A stretch of DNA of 64,000 nucleotides, taken from positions 32,001 through 96,000 of IMG/VR virus record IMGVR_UViG_3300033076_000375; one strand, given 5' to 3'. Positions 1-8,071 of the stretch are shown piece after piece. Both the position numbers and the translations under genes were made by a program. The notes below the pieces were generated by a model. That model saw only the letters and a program-made list of their open reading frames with translations, ran no database searches and was not told the origin of the DNA. Source of the DNA: a virus. Lineage: Duplodnaviria > Caudoviricetes. The first letter of the stretch is position 1, and each line of letters starts with the position of its first letter.

Positions 1-1
1 T

Positions 2-61
2 ATCACCAATCTGGTAAGTTGCTTTATAAGTTACTGTGTCAAAATATTCACTTAGGGTCAT
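2..61 (-). CDS. partial hypothetical protein (MTLSEYFDTVTYKATYQIGD..., runs off window edge)
   Basis: ATG at 61 on the minus strand, open to the window edge, downstream of a sigma70-like promoter at 91-118. Confidence 0.5.
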   Translation of the reverse strand, partial: MTLSEYFDTVTYKATYQIGD

Positions 62-90
62 CGGGTGCTTTCTGCGGTCTTGATGATACA

Positions 91-118
91 ATTATACATG
101 AAACTGCAAAACTTGCAA
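91..118 (-). promoter_or_regulatory. sigma70-type promoter TTGCAA-N16-TATAAT
   Basis: Minus strand reads TTGCAAgttttgcagtttcatgTATAAT. Confidence 0.55.
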
Positions 119-182
119 TAACAATGGCAATACACGATAAGATTTGAAACATAGATATAATCCTTTATATCTATTTATGGTT

Positions 183-202
183 AAAGGCTCCGAAGAGCCT
201 TT
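183..202 (-). terminator. intrinsic terminator with cUUCGg loop after the beta-barrel gene
   Basis: Minus strand AAAGGCTC-TTCG-GAGCCTTT, 17 nt past the stop of 220..768. Confidence 0.75.
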
Positions 203-219
203 GTTTGGGTAAGTTTAAA

Positions 220-768
220 TTAGAAACCGAAACTTAGACCTAAACCGAATGCTTTCTCTTTAATGTCTTGACCAGAACGTGATGCGTTCAAGTTCAATGC
301 AACATTCTTAGCGACTGGCAATGAGTAAGTTGCGAAACCAACTGTTTGCTTAGTACGTGATGAATCTTCTGTAGAACCTACACGTGTCTTTGCACCAACT
401 AGCAAGAAGCCTGGACCAACTGGGCGACCATAAGTTGCACCAACTAGACCATAGTTGAATGATTGACCGCCGTTGAAGCCATTGTCATGTCCAACACCAA
501 CAAAAGGTGTGATACCTACAACATTAACCTTTGAGTTAGCAACAGTAGTTTCTAGTGAGTTAACAACTACACCATCAGTGAAACGTGCTGTACGTGATTG
601 CAAGTTAACTTGGTAGTCGCCGAAGCCTTTACCTGCACGAACGTATTGTGCAGTTGAGTCTGTGCCACCTGCACGACCCTTAACGTTATCAACGTCAACA
701 GATACAAAGTCTACTGCGAATGCACTGAATGATAGTGCGGATAAGATTGCGATTGCAAATTTTTTCAT
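220..768 (-). CDS. outer-membrane beta-barrel protein (porin/OmpA-like)
   Basis: Sec signal peptide MKKFAIAILSALSFSAFA, alternating amphipathic strands, C-terminal GLGLSFGF with terminal Phe (BAM-type signal); RBS AAGGA. Confidence 0.75.
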   Translation of the reverse strand: MKKFAIAILSALSFSAFAVDFVSVDVDNVKGRAGGTDSTAQYVRAGKGFGDYQVNLQSRTARFTDGVVVNSLETTVANSKVNVVGITPFVGVGHDNGFNGGQSFNYGLVGATYGRPVGPGFLLVGAKTRVGSTEDSSRTKQTVGFATYSLPVAKNVALNLNASRSGQDIKEKAFGLGLSFGF

Positions 769-803
769 TTAATTTCCTTTTTAAAGTTTATGAAATATAA
801 CGA

Positions 804-1112
804 TTAGTCATCGTTATCCTGTGATGGTAGACCATTAGAATGTTTATCTGATGTTCTATCCAAATCTTGATACATGCGCTTTTCTTGCGCTGTTAATTTG
901 TCTTTGTGAGTTTTGCGGGGATTTCCGCAGAGATAACACTTTGGATTGCCACAATCCATTGTGTGATGTTTTGCTAAACGGTGAGGTTCTTTGATAGCTT
1001 TGTCACGGTTAGTTAGACCATGTGCTTTAGCAATCTTCACTTGTCTAGCAATGTGAACGTCAGTTTTATGACGGCGTTGAGAATTAATAAATTTAGCTGT
1101 ATCGTTACTCAT
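804..1112 (-). CDS. hypothetical basic protein with CGNPKCYLC putative metal-binding motif
   Basis: 102-aa ORF; promoter TTGCTC-N17-TATACT ends 6 nt before the ATG. Confidence 0.7.
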   Translation of the reverse strand: MSNDTAKFINSQRRHKTDVHIARQVKIAKAHGLTNRDKAIKEPHRLAKHHTMDCGNPKCYLCGNPRKTHKDKLTAQEKRMYQDLDRTSDKHSNGLPSQDNDD

Positions 1113-1156
1113 AGTGCAAGTATATATGACTACGATTCTAGGAGCAACAAAAAAGG

Positions 1157-1291
1157 TTACTTACAACCGCATGTTCCTATGCGTTTCTTGTCACAATTAG
1201 GGCAACCTCGTGAACAAGTTTTTAAGAAATGAATTACTTCATACTTACTGGGTTTATCGTCTGAATACTCTTTTGGTTTAGTTAGTTGCAT
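1157..1291 (-). CDS. 44-aa Cys-rich microprotein MQLTKPKEYSDDKPSKYEVIHFLKTCSRGCPNCDKKRIGTCGCK
   Basis: Not in the ORF track; translated by hand; AAGGAG RBS 5 nt before the ATG; 5 Cys clustered at the C-terminus. Confidence 0.6.
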   Translation of the reverse strand: MQLTKPKEYSDDKPSKYEVIHFLKTCSRGCPNCDKKRIGTCGCK

Positions 1292-1337
1292 ATAAGCTCC
1301 TTATATATACAACGCACTAGACTTACATTTAGTTGAC

Positions 1338-1366
1338 AAAGAAAAAGGCACCGAAGTGCCTTTTCT
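1338..1366 (-). terminator. intrinsic terminator of the tmRNA gene
   Basis: Minus strand AGAAAAGGCAC-TTCG-GTGCCTTTTTCTTT. Confidence 0.85.
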
Positions 1367-1716
1367 GTTATTTTCTGTTACGAGGTATAACTACCCTAAG
1401 CAGTGTTTAGGCTGCTAAGGCAAAGATTTCATCATTTGCGTTTATTTTGTTTTGCTTCTACGACCGGGTTCCCCCAATCCTAACGGGTTTCACATTCCCG
1501 TGCTGTCCACTTACTTACTCTTTGCCCTGTCGAAACCATGACAGGCCCATCATAGATACATTGTTGGACGGACTCTCATAATGTTTCTTCCTTGCGGAGG
1601 TTTTTGGTCAACATTCATCCTTTCGGACTATCTTATTCCCCAATATATCTATGGTGGACCTGGCGGGAGTCGAACCCGCGTCCAGAACACTTTTCTATCT
1701 GCTTCATACAGCAATA
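1340..1716 (-). ncRNA. ssrA: circularly permuted (two-piece) tmRNA
   Basis: Minus strand order: acceptor piece with T-arm and CCA (GGACGCGGGTTCGACTCCCGCCAGGTCCACCA, ends 1652); 103-nt intervening segment; coding piece starting GGGCCTGTCATGGTTTCGACAGGG at 1548. Acceptor stem GGGCCTG/CAGGTCC has the G3.U70 Ala determinant; tag frame at 1439-1407. Confidence 0.92.
1407..1439 (-). other. tmRNA proteolysis tag reading frame ANDEIFALAA*
   Basis: GCA AAT GAT GAA ATC TTT GCC TTA GCA GCC TAA after an A-rich resume context; ends in the ClpXP-type LAA. Confidence 0.92.
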
Positions 1717-1722
1717 TCAAAT

Positions 1723-1751
1723 AGTATATATCAGGTTTGATTAAAAATCAA
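1723..1751 (-). promoter_or_regulatory. sigma70-type promoter of tmRNA, TTGATT-N17-TATACT
   Basis: Exact 17-nt spacer; predicted start about 1716, just before the acceptor piece. Confidence 0.75.
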
Positions 1752-1778
1752 CTATTTTGGGTAGAATTTTAAACCTGA

Positions 1779-3662
1779 TTATTGAATTACGAACGATGAT
1801 AGCGTAGTTCCATACAAGAACGGTGGAGTGTCATTCCATGTGACATCAGCACTTTTACTTGTTAACGACCCTGCAGGAAGTCCTGTAAACGTAGCAGAAT
1901 ATGTTGTACCATTCACTACATACGTAATTACTTTACCAACAGCTACCGAAGCAATCACTGCGTCCCATGCTAAGCCGTCAGTCCACTTGGTTCTATCCCA
2001 TTGAATGTAATTCTGTCCGAATTGATTCATCGCAGTTGCGCCGCCGGTCGTGTAATCAGTTGTAAGTGTATATGTTATAGGACCACTACTAGCAGCAATT
2101 ATCACAGTCGATGGGCAATTAGATGAGCCTCCTGACAACGTTAATGGAGATGATGATGAAATATCTGTCCAGTAATCTGGACCTGATCCTTGCCAAGCAC
2201 CCATTATTGTGATAGTATAAACAGTGCTACCAGTCGTCGGCATAGTAACATCAAACGTGCCACCTGTAGTTAAACTATGTATTGCTGTTCCGCCTGCAGC
2301 AGTGAACCAGTATTGTTGACTCAAATACATTGTGTAAGTCGGTCCCGTACCAGTAAAGAATACACCAGGTGGGAATTGTGCTCCAGGACTATAATCTACA
2401 CCAGCAGTATATGTCACTGTGTTAGATGGAACAACTGCATCAATCGTTACTGTTAGTTCAACACCTTGCTTACCCATCAGATTGAAAGAGTCACCGGTGA
2501 ATGTTACTGTAGGACCCATGCCGCCATTTGACGACACCAATGTTCCTGTCTGGGACACTCCATATATTGTAATATTAACAACTGTTTGTCCATCAATAGT
2601 TGCTAGAGTGTCATCAACTACAATACCACCGTGAGTGCCGGTTTTAAATACAACTGTTGTTACATTTTGCATGTTGTCATAGTTGATAGAGAACACCATG
2701 TTAGGTATAATATTCATAGAACCAATCATACCTGGAACTACACCATATAAATTCATACCATTATTTCCTGATACCAGTGTACCGCTAGCAGTATGACCAT
2801 TGCCACCTTGATTTGTCGGGTCATAGTACATTGAGACTGCACTACCTTGTGACGCCAGCATTAACCCAACATCCCCTTGTTTCATATACCCCGCATTATA
2901 CCCAGTCACCGGAGAAAAAGAATATCTCTTGTCATTGATAGTGAACACTTGGTCAGTCGTAGAATCGCCATTAATTAAACCGCTAGTAATAGTCATTGCA
3001 CCGTAGTCTCCATTGTGCAATGTTATATAGGTTGAGCCACCTGACGGACTAGTTTGATATGACAGACTGTTGAATACTGGATGATTTACTGTACCAAAGA
3101 TTGGACCTGTTTGCATATTTCTTGCATAGTTATATCCGTTGTTCGCACCGAAGAAAGTCATACCATAACCCTCGAATGCAGAAACAAGTATTGAGAATGA
3201 CGGCACTGTTGGTGTGAGTCCGTCCCAAGCAATATTAATTGTTTCACCAACTAAGTTAGGGAATCCTAAATTACCATTATAGATATATGAACCCATCATT
3301 TCGTTAAACACAAATGTGTATGATGTGCTATTAATTATGAACGTTCTAGGATATGTGTGGGAATCGCCGTTGATACTTCCGTTCATGTTGACAGTGCAGT
3401 TCGAGTGGGTACCCTGCTTTAGACGCATATATGCAGACCCAGGATTACTAGAATCAAACCAATAGACTATTAGTGACTCAATCAATTCACTATTCATCAT
3501 GCCAGCAGGTCCACCTGAATAACCATATGGGTCTGAACCGTAATAGTTGCTGCCACTATCGTTACCGACAGTCATTGTGTTTGGGATTATTACAGGAGCT
3601 ACTTCTTCACGAAACGTAATTCCACCGCCAATACTAATCCCGCCGCCAATTTCTAATGCCAT
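1779..3662 (-). CDS. putative virion surface / receptor-binding protein with repeated beta-rich domains
   Basis: 627 aa, G/T/S/N/Y-rich; N-terminal IGGGISIGGGITF motif; internal repeats (GSINGDS / GLINGDS / ATIDGQ; TYTAGVDYS / TYTLTTDYT); RBS AAGGA. Confidence 0.55.
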   Translation of the reverse strand: MALEIGGGISIGGGITFREEVAPVIIPNTMTVGNDSGSNYYGSDPYGYSGGPAGMMNSELIESLIVYWFDSSNPGSAYMRLKQGTHSNCTVNMNGSINGDSHTYPRTFIINSTSYTFVFNEMMGSYIYNGNLGFPNLVGETINIAWDGLTPTVPSFSILVSAFEGYGMTFFGANNGYNYARNMQTGPIFGTVNHPVFNSLSYQTSPSGGSTYITLHNGDYGAMTITSGLINGDSTTDQVFTINDKRYSFSPVTGYNAGYMKQGDVGLMLASQGSAVSMYYDPTNQGGNGHTASGTLVSGNNGMNLYGVVPGMIGSMNIIPNMVFSINYDNMQNVTTVVFKTGTHGGIVVDDTLATIDGQTVVNITIYGVSQTGTLVSSNGGMGPTVTFTGDSFNLMGKQGVELTVTIDAVVPSNTVTYTAGVDYSPGAQFPPGVFFTGTGPTYTMYLSQQYWFTAAGGTAIHSLTTGGTFDVTMPTTGSTVYTITIMGAWQGSGPDYWTDISSSSPLTLSGGSSNCPSTVIIAASSGPITYTLTTDYTTGGATAMNQFGQNYIQWDRTKWTDGLAWDAVIASVAVGKVITYVVNGTTYSATFTGLPAGSLTSKSADVTWNDTPPFLYGTTLSSFVIQ

Positions 3663-3672
3663 TGTCTATCCT

Positions 3673-3768
3673 TTATTCACCGTCAGGGTGTTTTTGTTTC
3701 CAGTCCATTATCCAATAAATGGCACCACTAACAATACCCGCGATTACAAGCCAAAATAAGTAACTCAT
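3673..3768 (-). CDS. 31-aa single-pass membrane microprotein MSYLFWLVIAGIVSGAIYWIMDWKQKHPDGE
   Basis: Not in the ORF track; fills the gap between two genes; GCTAAATA late-promoter motif 5 nt before the ATG. Confidence 0.6.
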   Translation of the reverse strand: MSYLFWLVIAGIVSGAIYWIMDWKQKHPDGE

Positions 3769-3772
3769 GTAC

Positions 3773-5524
3773 TTATTTAGCGTATTTTTCGTGTAGCCAC
3801 GCCCAATCGTATGATAATTTCAACTTCTCAAAATCACCGTTGACTTCATTATAATAGTCAACCGCATCCAATGCGCCCTTACTACTTGGACCTATACTAG
3901 TCCAGATTCGTAAACGTTCTTTGGATTCTTCATCTTGTGCGTGACATAGTTTGATACATTCTCTAAACGCTGTACGCCAGATATCCCAGTCACTATTAAA
4001 GACCGCTTCTCCCGACAAGATATTAACAACTTCATGGGGGCTTTCCATAGTAAAGTCTAACCCTGTGCCCTTAGTTTGTAGTGTTAGTTTCTTGTTGTTT
4101 GCCACCATAGCCATATGTCCATAGACAAGCCCGTTCAACGGATTCTTTGCTCTAAAGATATAATGTCTACGTGACTTCATAATATCGGGTTGCCAATTAA
4201 AGTCAAAGTTCTCGTCTACTTTCAACTTAGCATTAACTAGAAAGTACCAAGCAGTTTCACTACTATTAGCGGCTGCATATTGACTTGCTACTCTGCCCTT
4301 CACCCCATCAACTCTTACTAAACGATTGGGTAGTTTCATGTCTACTAGTCGTTGATAGTTTTCTTCTGCGCAACTTTCCCCGTTACTAAAGAAGATAATA
4401 TCTAAGGGTTTCTGACATGTCATTAAATTGTGATATTTAATATATGGATAATCTGACAATTTATCAAACAAATGATGTTTAATTCCCTTAGGTACTATTG
4501 CGCTATTGTTGTCAATGATATGAATATACTCATGCTCAGGATTATATTCTGGAATAACCATGTTATAATTTATCGGGTGCTCAGAGTTTTGAAAGTGTAC
4601 GTACTTAGTGTCGAATCTGTGCTCCATCACACTGTTAAGTATAGAATCAACAAACGATGCTTTTTCTACGGCTAACTTAGCTTTTATATCGGTTACATAC
4701 TTAGATTCAGTTGCTCCCGATACTCTATACATTACAGTGGGCATGAACTCACATGAGTGGAAATCATTGCCAAAGATATATCTGTATGGTTCTTCTGAGT
4801 CGTCTGGGTGCCAAGAAAAATCAAAACTATCTATGTCGATGTTTTCAATAATTCTCCAATTTCTACTTTCTTTATTCGGTAATTTAGTAGCACGTTGAAT
4901 ATCAACGTACTTAATAGTGTGACTGTTTTCTGTCTTATATAACGGTCCACCAGTCTTTTGATGCTGAGTACCAAATTGGTAGCTTAACCCTTCTGGTTCA
5001 TGGGGGTGAGGAACCCACGAATAATCGAAATCGGATGATATGTCGTCTGGTACGACCCATCTGTCCATACATGGACATAGTCTCGCTCTGACGTCCGTGA
5101 TATACTTTTTCTCAGTAGCACCCTTAACACGGTACTGTAACGTCGGCATGGTTTCACTATCATACCATTGATTGCCGAATACATAAATGTAGGGAGGATC
5201 AGTACTATCAGGATGCCAGCTGTAGTCAAATTGTACATTACTGACGAGTGGTCGATAACAGCGATCCTCTGGTCTAGGTAATCGAATAACTCGCTGATGT
5301 GTTTGGTACTTTGTTCCTTCATTCTCTGGAATAATGAAACGTGGTCCTCCGGTCTTTTGCCACTGTGTACCGAATTCATGTATATAAGGTTTATCATAGG
5401 GTTCGGGTCTCCATGAGAAGTCAAAGTTGCTAGTATCTAAATTGTCAGGTACTTCCCAATAACCCTGCAAATATAATTCGTACCTACGCTTTAATTCATT
5501 CTGGTCGAACATTTTCTCTTTCAA
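3773..5524 (-). CDS. glycosyltransferase-like protein with four N-terminal FD[FY]SWxP repeats
   Basis: C-terminal domain (DIIFFSNGE...RVDGVKG...NPLNGLVYG...WRTAFRE) is paralogous to 11079..12023; N-terminal AB-AB repeats. Confidence 0.6.
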   Translation of the reverse strand: MKEKMFDQNELKRRYELYLQGYWEVPDNLDTSNFDFSWRPEPYDKPYIHEFGTQWQKTGGPRFIIPENEGTKYQTHQRVIRLPRPEDRCYRPLVSNVQFDYSWHPDSTDPPYIYVFGNQWYDSETMPTLQYRVKGATEKKYITDVRARLCPCMDRWVVPDDISSDFDYSWVPHPHEPEGLSYQFGTQHQKTGGPLYKTENSHTIKYVDIQRATKLPNKESRNWRIIENIDIDSFDFSWHPDDSEEPYRYIFGNDFHSCEFMPTVMYRVSGATESKYVTDIKAKLAVEKASFVDSILNSVMEHRFDTKYVHFQNSEHPINYNMVIPEYNPEHEYIHIIDNNSAIVPKGIKHHLFDKLSDYPYIKYHNLMTCQKPLDIIFFSNGESCAEENYQRLVDMKLPNRLVRVDGVKGRVASQYAAANSSETAWYFLVNAKLKVDENFDFNWQPDIMKSRRHYIFRAKNPLNGLVYGHMAMVANNKKLTLQTKGTGLDFTMESPHEVVNILSGEAVFNSDWDIWRTAFRECIKLCHAQDEESKERLRIWTSIGPSSKGALDAVDYYNEVNGDFEKLKLSYDWAWLHEKYAK

Positions 5525-5699
5525 TCTGTTTCATGGTTATGGAAGAAACAAGTGCTATTCCCAATATTGATGTTAGAAAGTACAGGATGACGCCCAAAAC
5601 TATTGTGTACTTGATGGACATGACTAGTCCTATAACTACTGCTAGTACCACACTTAATAGATAGTTTCTCCAAAAATTCAAGCGAATTTTATCAATCAT
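5496..5699 (-). CDS. small two-TM membrane protein
   Basis: Two hydrophobic segments; GAGG RBS and AGTAAATA motif upstream. Confidence 0.6.
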   Translation of the reverse strand: MIDKIRLNFWRNYLLSVVLAVVIGLVMSIKYTIVLGVILYFLTSILGIALVSSITMKQIERENVRPE

Positions 5700-5717
5700 A
5701 AATTTATTCCTCTGGAG

Positions 5718-5734
5718 TATTTACTAGATATATA
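5718..5734. promoter_or_regulatory. back-to-back late-promoter-like motifs: AGTAAATA (-) and GATATATA (+)
   Basis: tatttact at 5718-5725; GATATATA at 5727-5734, 5 nt before the ATG at 5740. Confidence 0.5.
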
Positions 5735-5739
5735 ATAAC

Positions 5740-6969
5740 ATGAAAAATACTATTTGTGCAATCCCTTGGGTACATTTAAACATCATACCCAGAGGTAAAG
5801 TTTACCCATGCTGTATGACTACAGACTTTAATAACTATGCAGGTGACTTGACTACCCAAACCATTGAAGAAGTTTGGAACAGTGATTACATGAAGAATGT
5901 ACGCAAACAAATGATTAACGGGGAAGAACCCAAAATGTGTTCACGATGCTTTGAAAGTGAACGTTCTAGTGGTTCTAGCTCACGTATAAATCACAATAAC
6001 TATTTCAGTGAAAAACTACAGTCAATTCCAATTATTACCCAAAGTGATGGACACGTTGACGATGTTGATTTAAAGTACTGGGACTTTAGATTCAGTAACT
6101 TGTGCAACTATAAATGCCGCACTTGCGGACCTGAGTACTCTAGTGCTTGGATTCCAGATGCCAGAGACATGGGCTGGATTGATGATAGAAAAGATGAAAA
6201 GGTTATTAACATTAACTCAGTGGACGAATCAACTAATGTTGACTTTTTAAAGAAATATGTCAACGTAGTTGAGAAAGTATACTTTGCCGGTGGTGAGCCA
6301 TTATTAATGGACGAGCATTGGAAAATACTTGATATGTTGGACGAGAAAGAACGATATAACGTTATTTTAACTTATAACACTAATCTCAGTAAATTAACAT
6401 ACAAGAACAAGAATGTACTAGACTATTGGAGTAAATGGAAACGTAATGTATGGTTATGGCCTAGCATTGACGAGATTGACGAACGAGCAGAATTAATACG
6501 TGCCGGAACTGATTGGAAGAATGTTGAAAAGAACTTGAAAGAATCTGTCAAGTTAGAAATTCATATTAAACCAAACATAACGGTATCTAACATGAACGTG
6601 TTCAGAATTCCAGAAATCGTGGACAGACTAATTGATATTGGTGTTGTTAAGCAAGACTATGAAAACATGGAGAACTTTAACTTTAACGTGCTCGAATTCT
6701 CACGCTTTTTCCATGTCAGTACTCTTACTGACAAATTCAGACAAGAGATTAGAGAGAAACTAGAAAAGTACATTAGTGACTATAAAACCAAGTACAATGT
6801 TGATATTAGAAACAAATTCTTGCACTTATTCTGGCATCTAGAAAAACCATATGAATTAGAGCAAGCAAAGTTGTTTAAAAGAAACTCGGATAAGATTGAT
6901 ATTATCCGTAACGAACACACAATTAACGTAATCCCAGAATTAAAAGATATTTACAATGCCGCAATTTAA
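5740..6969 (+). CDS. radical SAM protein with N-terminal twitch/SPASM-like domain
   Basis: CNYKCRTC (CxxxCxxC), FAGGEP; N-terminal CAIPW...PCC...CSRC. Confidence 0.88.
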   Translation: MKNTICAIPWVHLNIIPRGKVYPCCMTTDFNNYAGDLTTQTIEEVWNSDYMKNVRKQMINGEEPKMCSRCFESERSSGSSSRINHNNYFSEKLQSIPIITQSDGHVDDVDLKYWDFRFSNLCNYKCRTCGPEYSSAWIPDARDMGWIDDRKDEKVININSVDESTNVDFLKKYVNVVEKVYFAGGEPLLMDEHWKILDMLDEKERYNVILTYNTNLSKLTYKNKNVLDYWSKWKRNVWLWPSIDEIDERAELIRAGTDWKNVEKNLKESVKLEIHIKPNITVSNMNVFRIPEIVDRLIDIGVVKQDYENMENFNFNVLEFSRFFHVSTLTDKFRQEIREKLEKYISDYKTKYNVDIRNKFLHLFWHLEKPYELEQAKLFKRNSDKIDIIRNEHTINVIPELKDIYNAAI

Positions 6970-8071
6970 AATCAAACCACAAGAAAACTATTCTCATAGT
7001 GACAAAGTTAGTACCTTTGCTTGCACAGTACCCTACAAACATATTGAGATTCACACATCAGGGGCGATTAGTCTATGCTGTCACACTTGGTTACCTGTTT
7101 GGGCGGGGAACTTGTTATATGAATCTGTAGACGATGTGTTGAATAATATCACCCGCAAGCAAGTACAAGATGATATGAGAACTGGGGAATTCAAGTACTG
7201 TAATGACCATTGCCCACAATTAAACTCATTGATGAGTGGGAGTAAAGATTACTGGGACATTATTCCAATTAAACAATTAGACGAAACATTGTCTTATCGT
7301 CCAATGAATATTGGATTTAGTTATGATTTGTCATGTAATTTACAATGCCCAAGCTGTAGAGATAATCTAATATTATGGCGTCCGGATGACCTAGAAGATA
7401 GCGATGGGCAAAGAGTAAAACAGATTCACGAGAAAGTCAAAGAACTAGTGAATAGAATGTTAGAAGAACATCCTATTGTTAACTTGAATATCACGGGTAG
7501 CGGGGACGCATTTGCTAGCCCATTATACTGGAGCTATCTGTTAGAACTAGCTAATAACCCAATTCACCCCAATCTTAGAATTCAATTAAAAACTAACGGG
7601 GTAATGATGACAGAAGAAAATTTACTAGATATTAAACCATTATGGAAACATATTGATTATATTGAAGTAAGTGTTGACGCTGCCACTGAAGAAGCATATA
7701 AGATTGTTAGAAAGAACGGAAACTTCAAACGTTTAAAGAAGAACCTAGAAGTGTTAGACGCATTAGTATTCAATGAGAGTTTTAACAAAAACTTCAATTG
7801 GCAGACTAATTTTATCGTTCAGCGTGACAACTATAAAGACTTAAAAGACTTTGTGGATTGGCAACTTACATACAAGTCTAAACCAAAGATTTGGACTAAT
7901 CTATTAGCACAATGGTGGCATATTGACGATGAACGTTTTAAGGGCATGGCAGTATGGCAAGAAGGTCACGTGAACAGAGATGAACTAGTTCAAATACTCA
8001 AGGATCCAGTATTTAAAAATACTCAATTAAAATTAGGAAATATGAGTTCCTTAGTTTATGGCAATCAATAA
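6956..8071 (+). CDS. radical SAM protein with N-terminal twitch/SPASM-like domain
   Basis: CNLQCPSC motif, ITGSGDAF, SVDAAT; N-terminal CTVPY...LCC...CNDHC. Confidence 0.85.
   Translation: MPQFKIKPQENYSHSDKVSTFACTVPYKHIEIHTSGAISLCCHTWLPVWAGNLLYESVDDVLNNITRKQVQDDMRTGEFKYCNDHCPQLNSLMSGSKDYWDIIPIKQLDETLSYRPMNIGFSYDLSCNLQCPSCRDNLILWRPDDLEDSDGQRVKQIHEKVKELVNRMLEEHPIVNLNITGSGDAFASPLYWSYLLELANNPIHPNLRIQLKTNGVMMTEENLLDIKPLWKHIDYIEVSVDAATEEAYKIVRKNGNFKRLKKNLEVLDALVFNESFNKNFNWQTNFIVQRDNYKDLKDFVDWQLTYKSKPKIWTNLLAQWWHIDDERFKGMAVWQEGHVNRDELVQILKDPVFKNTQLKLGNMSSLVYGNQ

Noticed and set aside
1020-1232. 70-aa + strand ORF
   Set aside because: Overlaps two better-supported minus-strand ORFs and their promoter
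1605-1640. Hammerhead ribozyme in the tmRNA spacer (minus strand AAGATAGTCCGAAAGGATGAAT)
   Set aside because: Resembles stem II but lacks the required CUGAnGA and GAAA core
1652-1690. tRNA gene (T-arm plus CCA)
   Set aside because: No D/anticodon arms or upstream 5' acceptor strand; it pairs with GGGCCTG downstream and is the acceptor piece of the permuted tmRNA
4984-5424. 146-aa alternative-frame ORF within 3773..5524
   Set aside because: Fully nested, no initiation signals; repeat conservation is in the main frame
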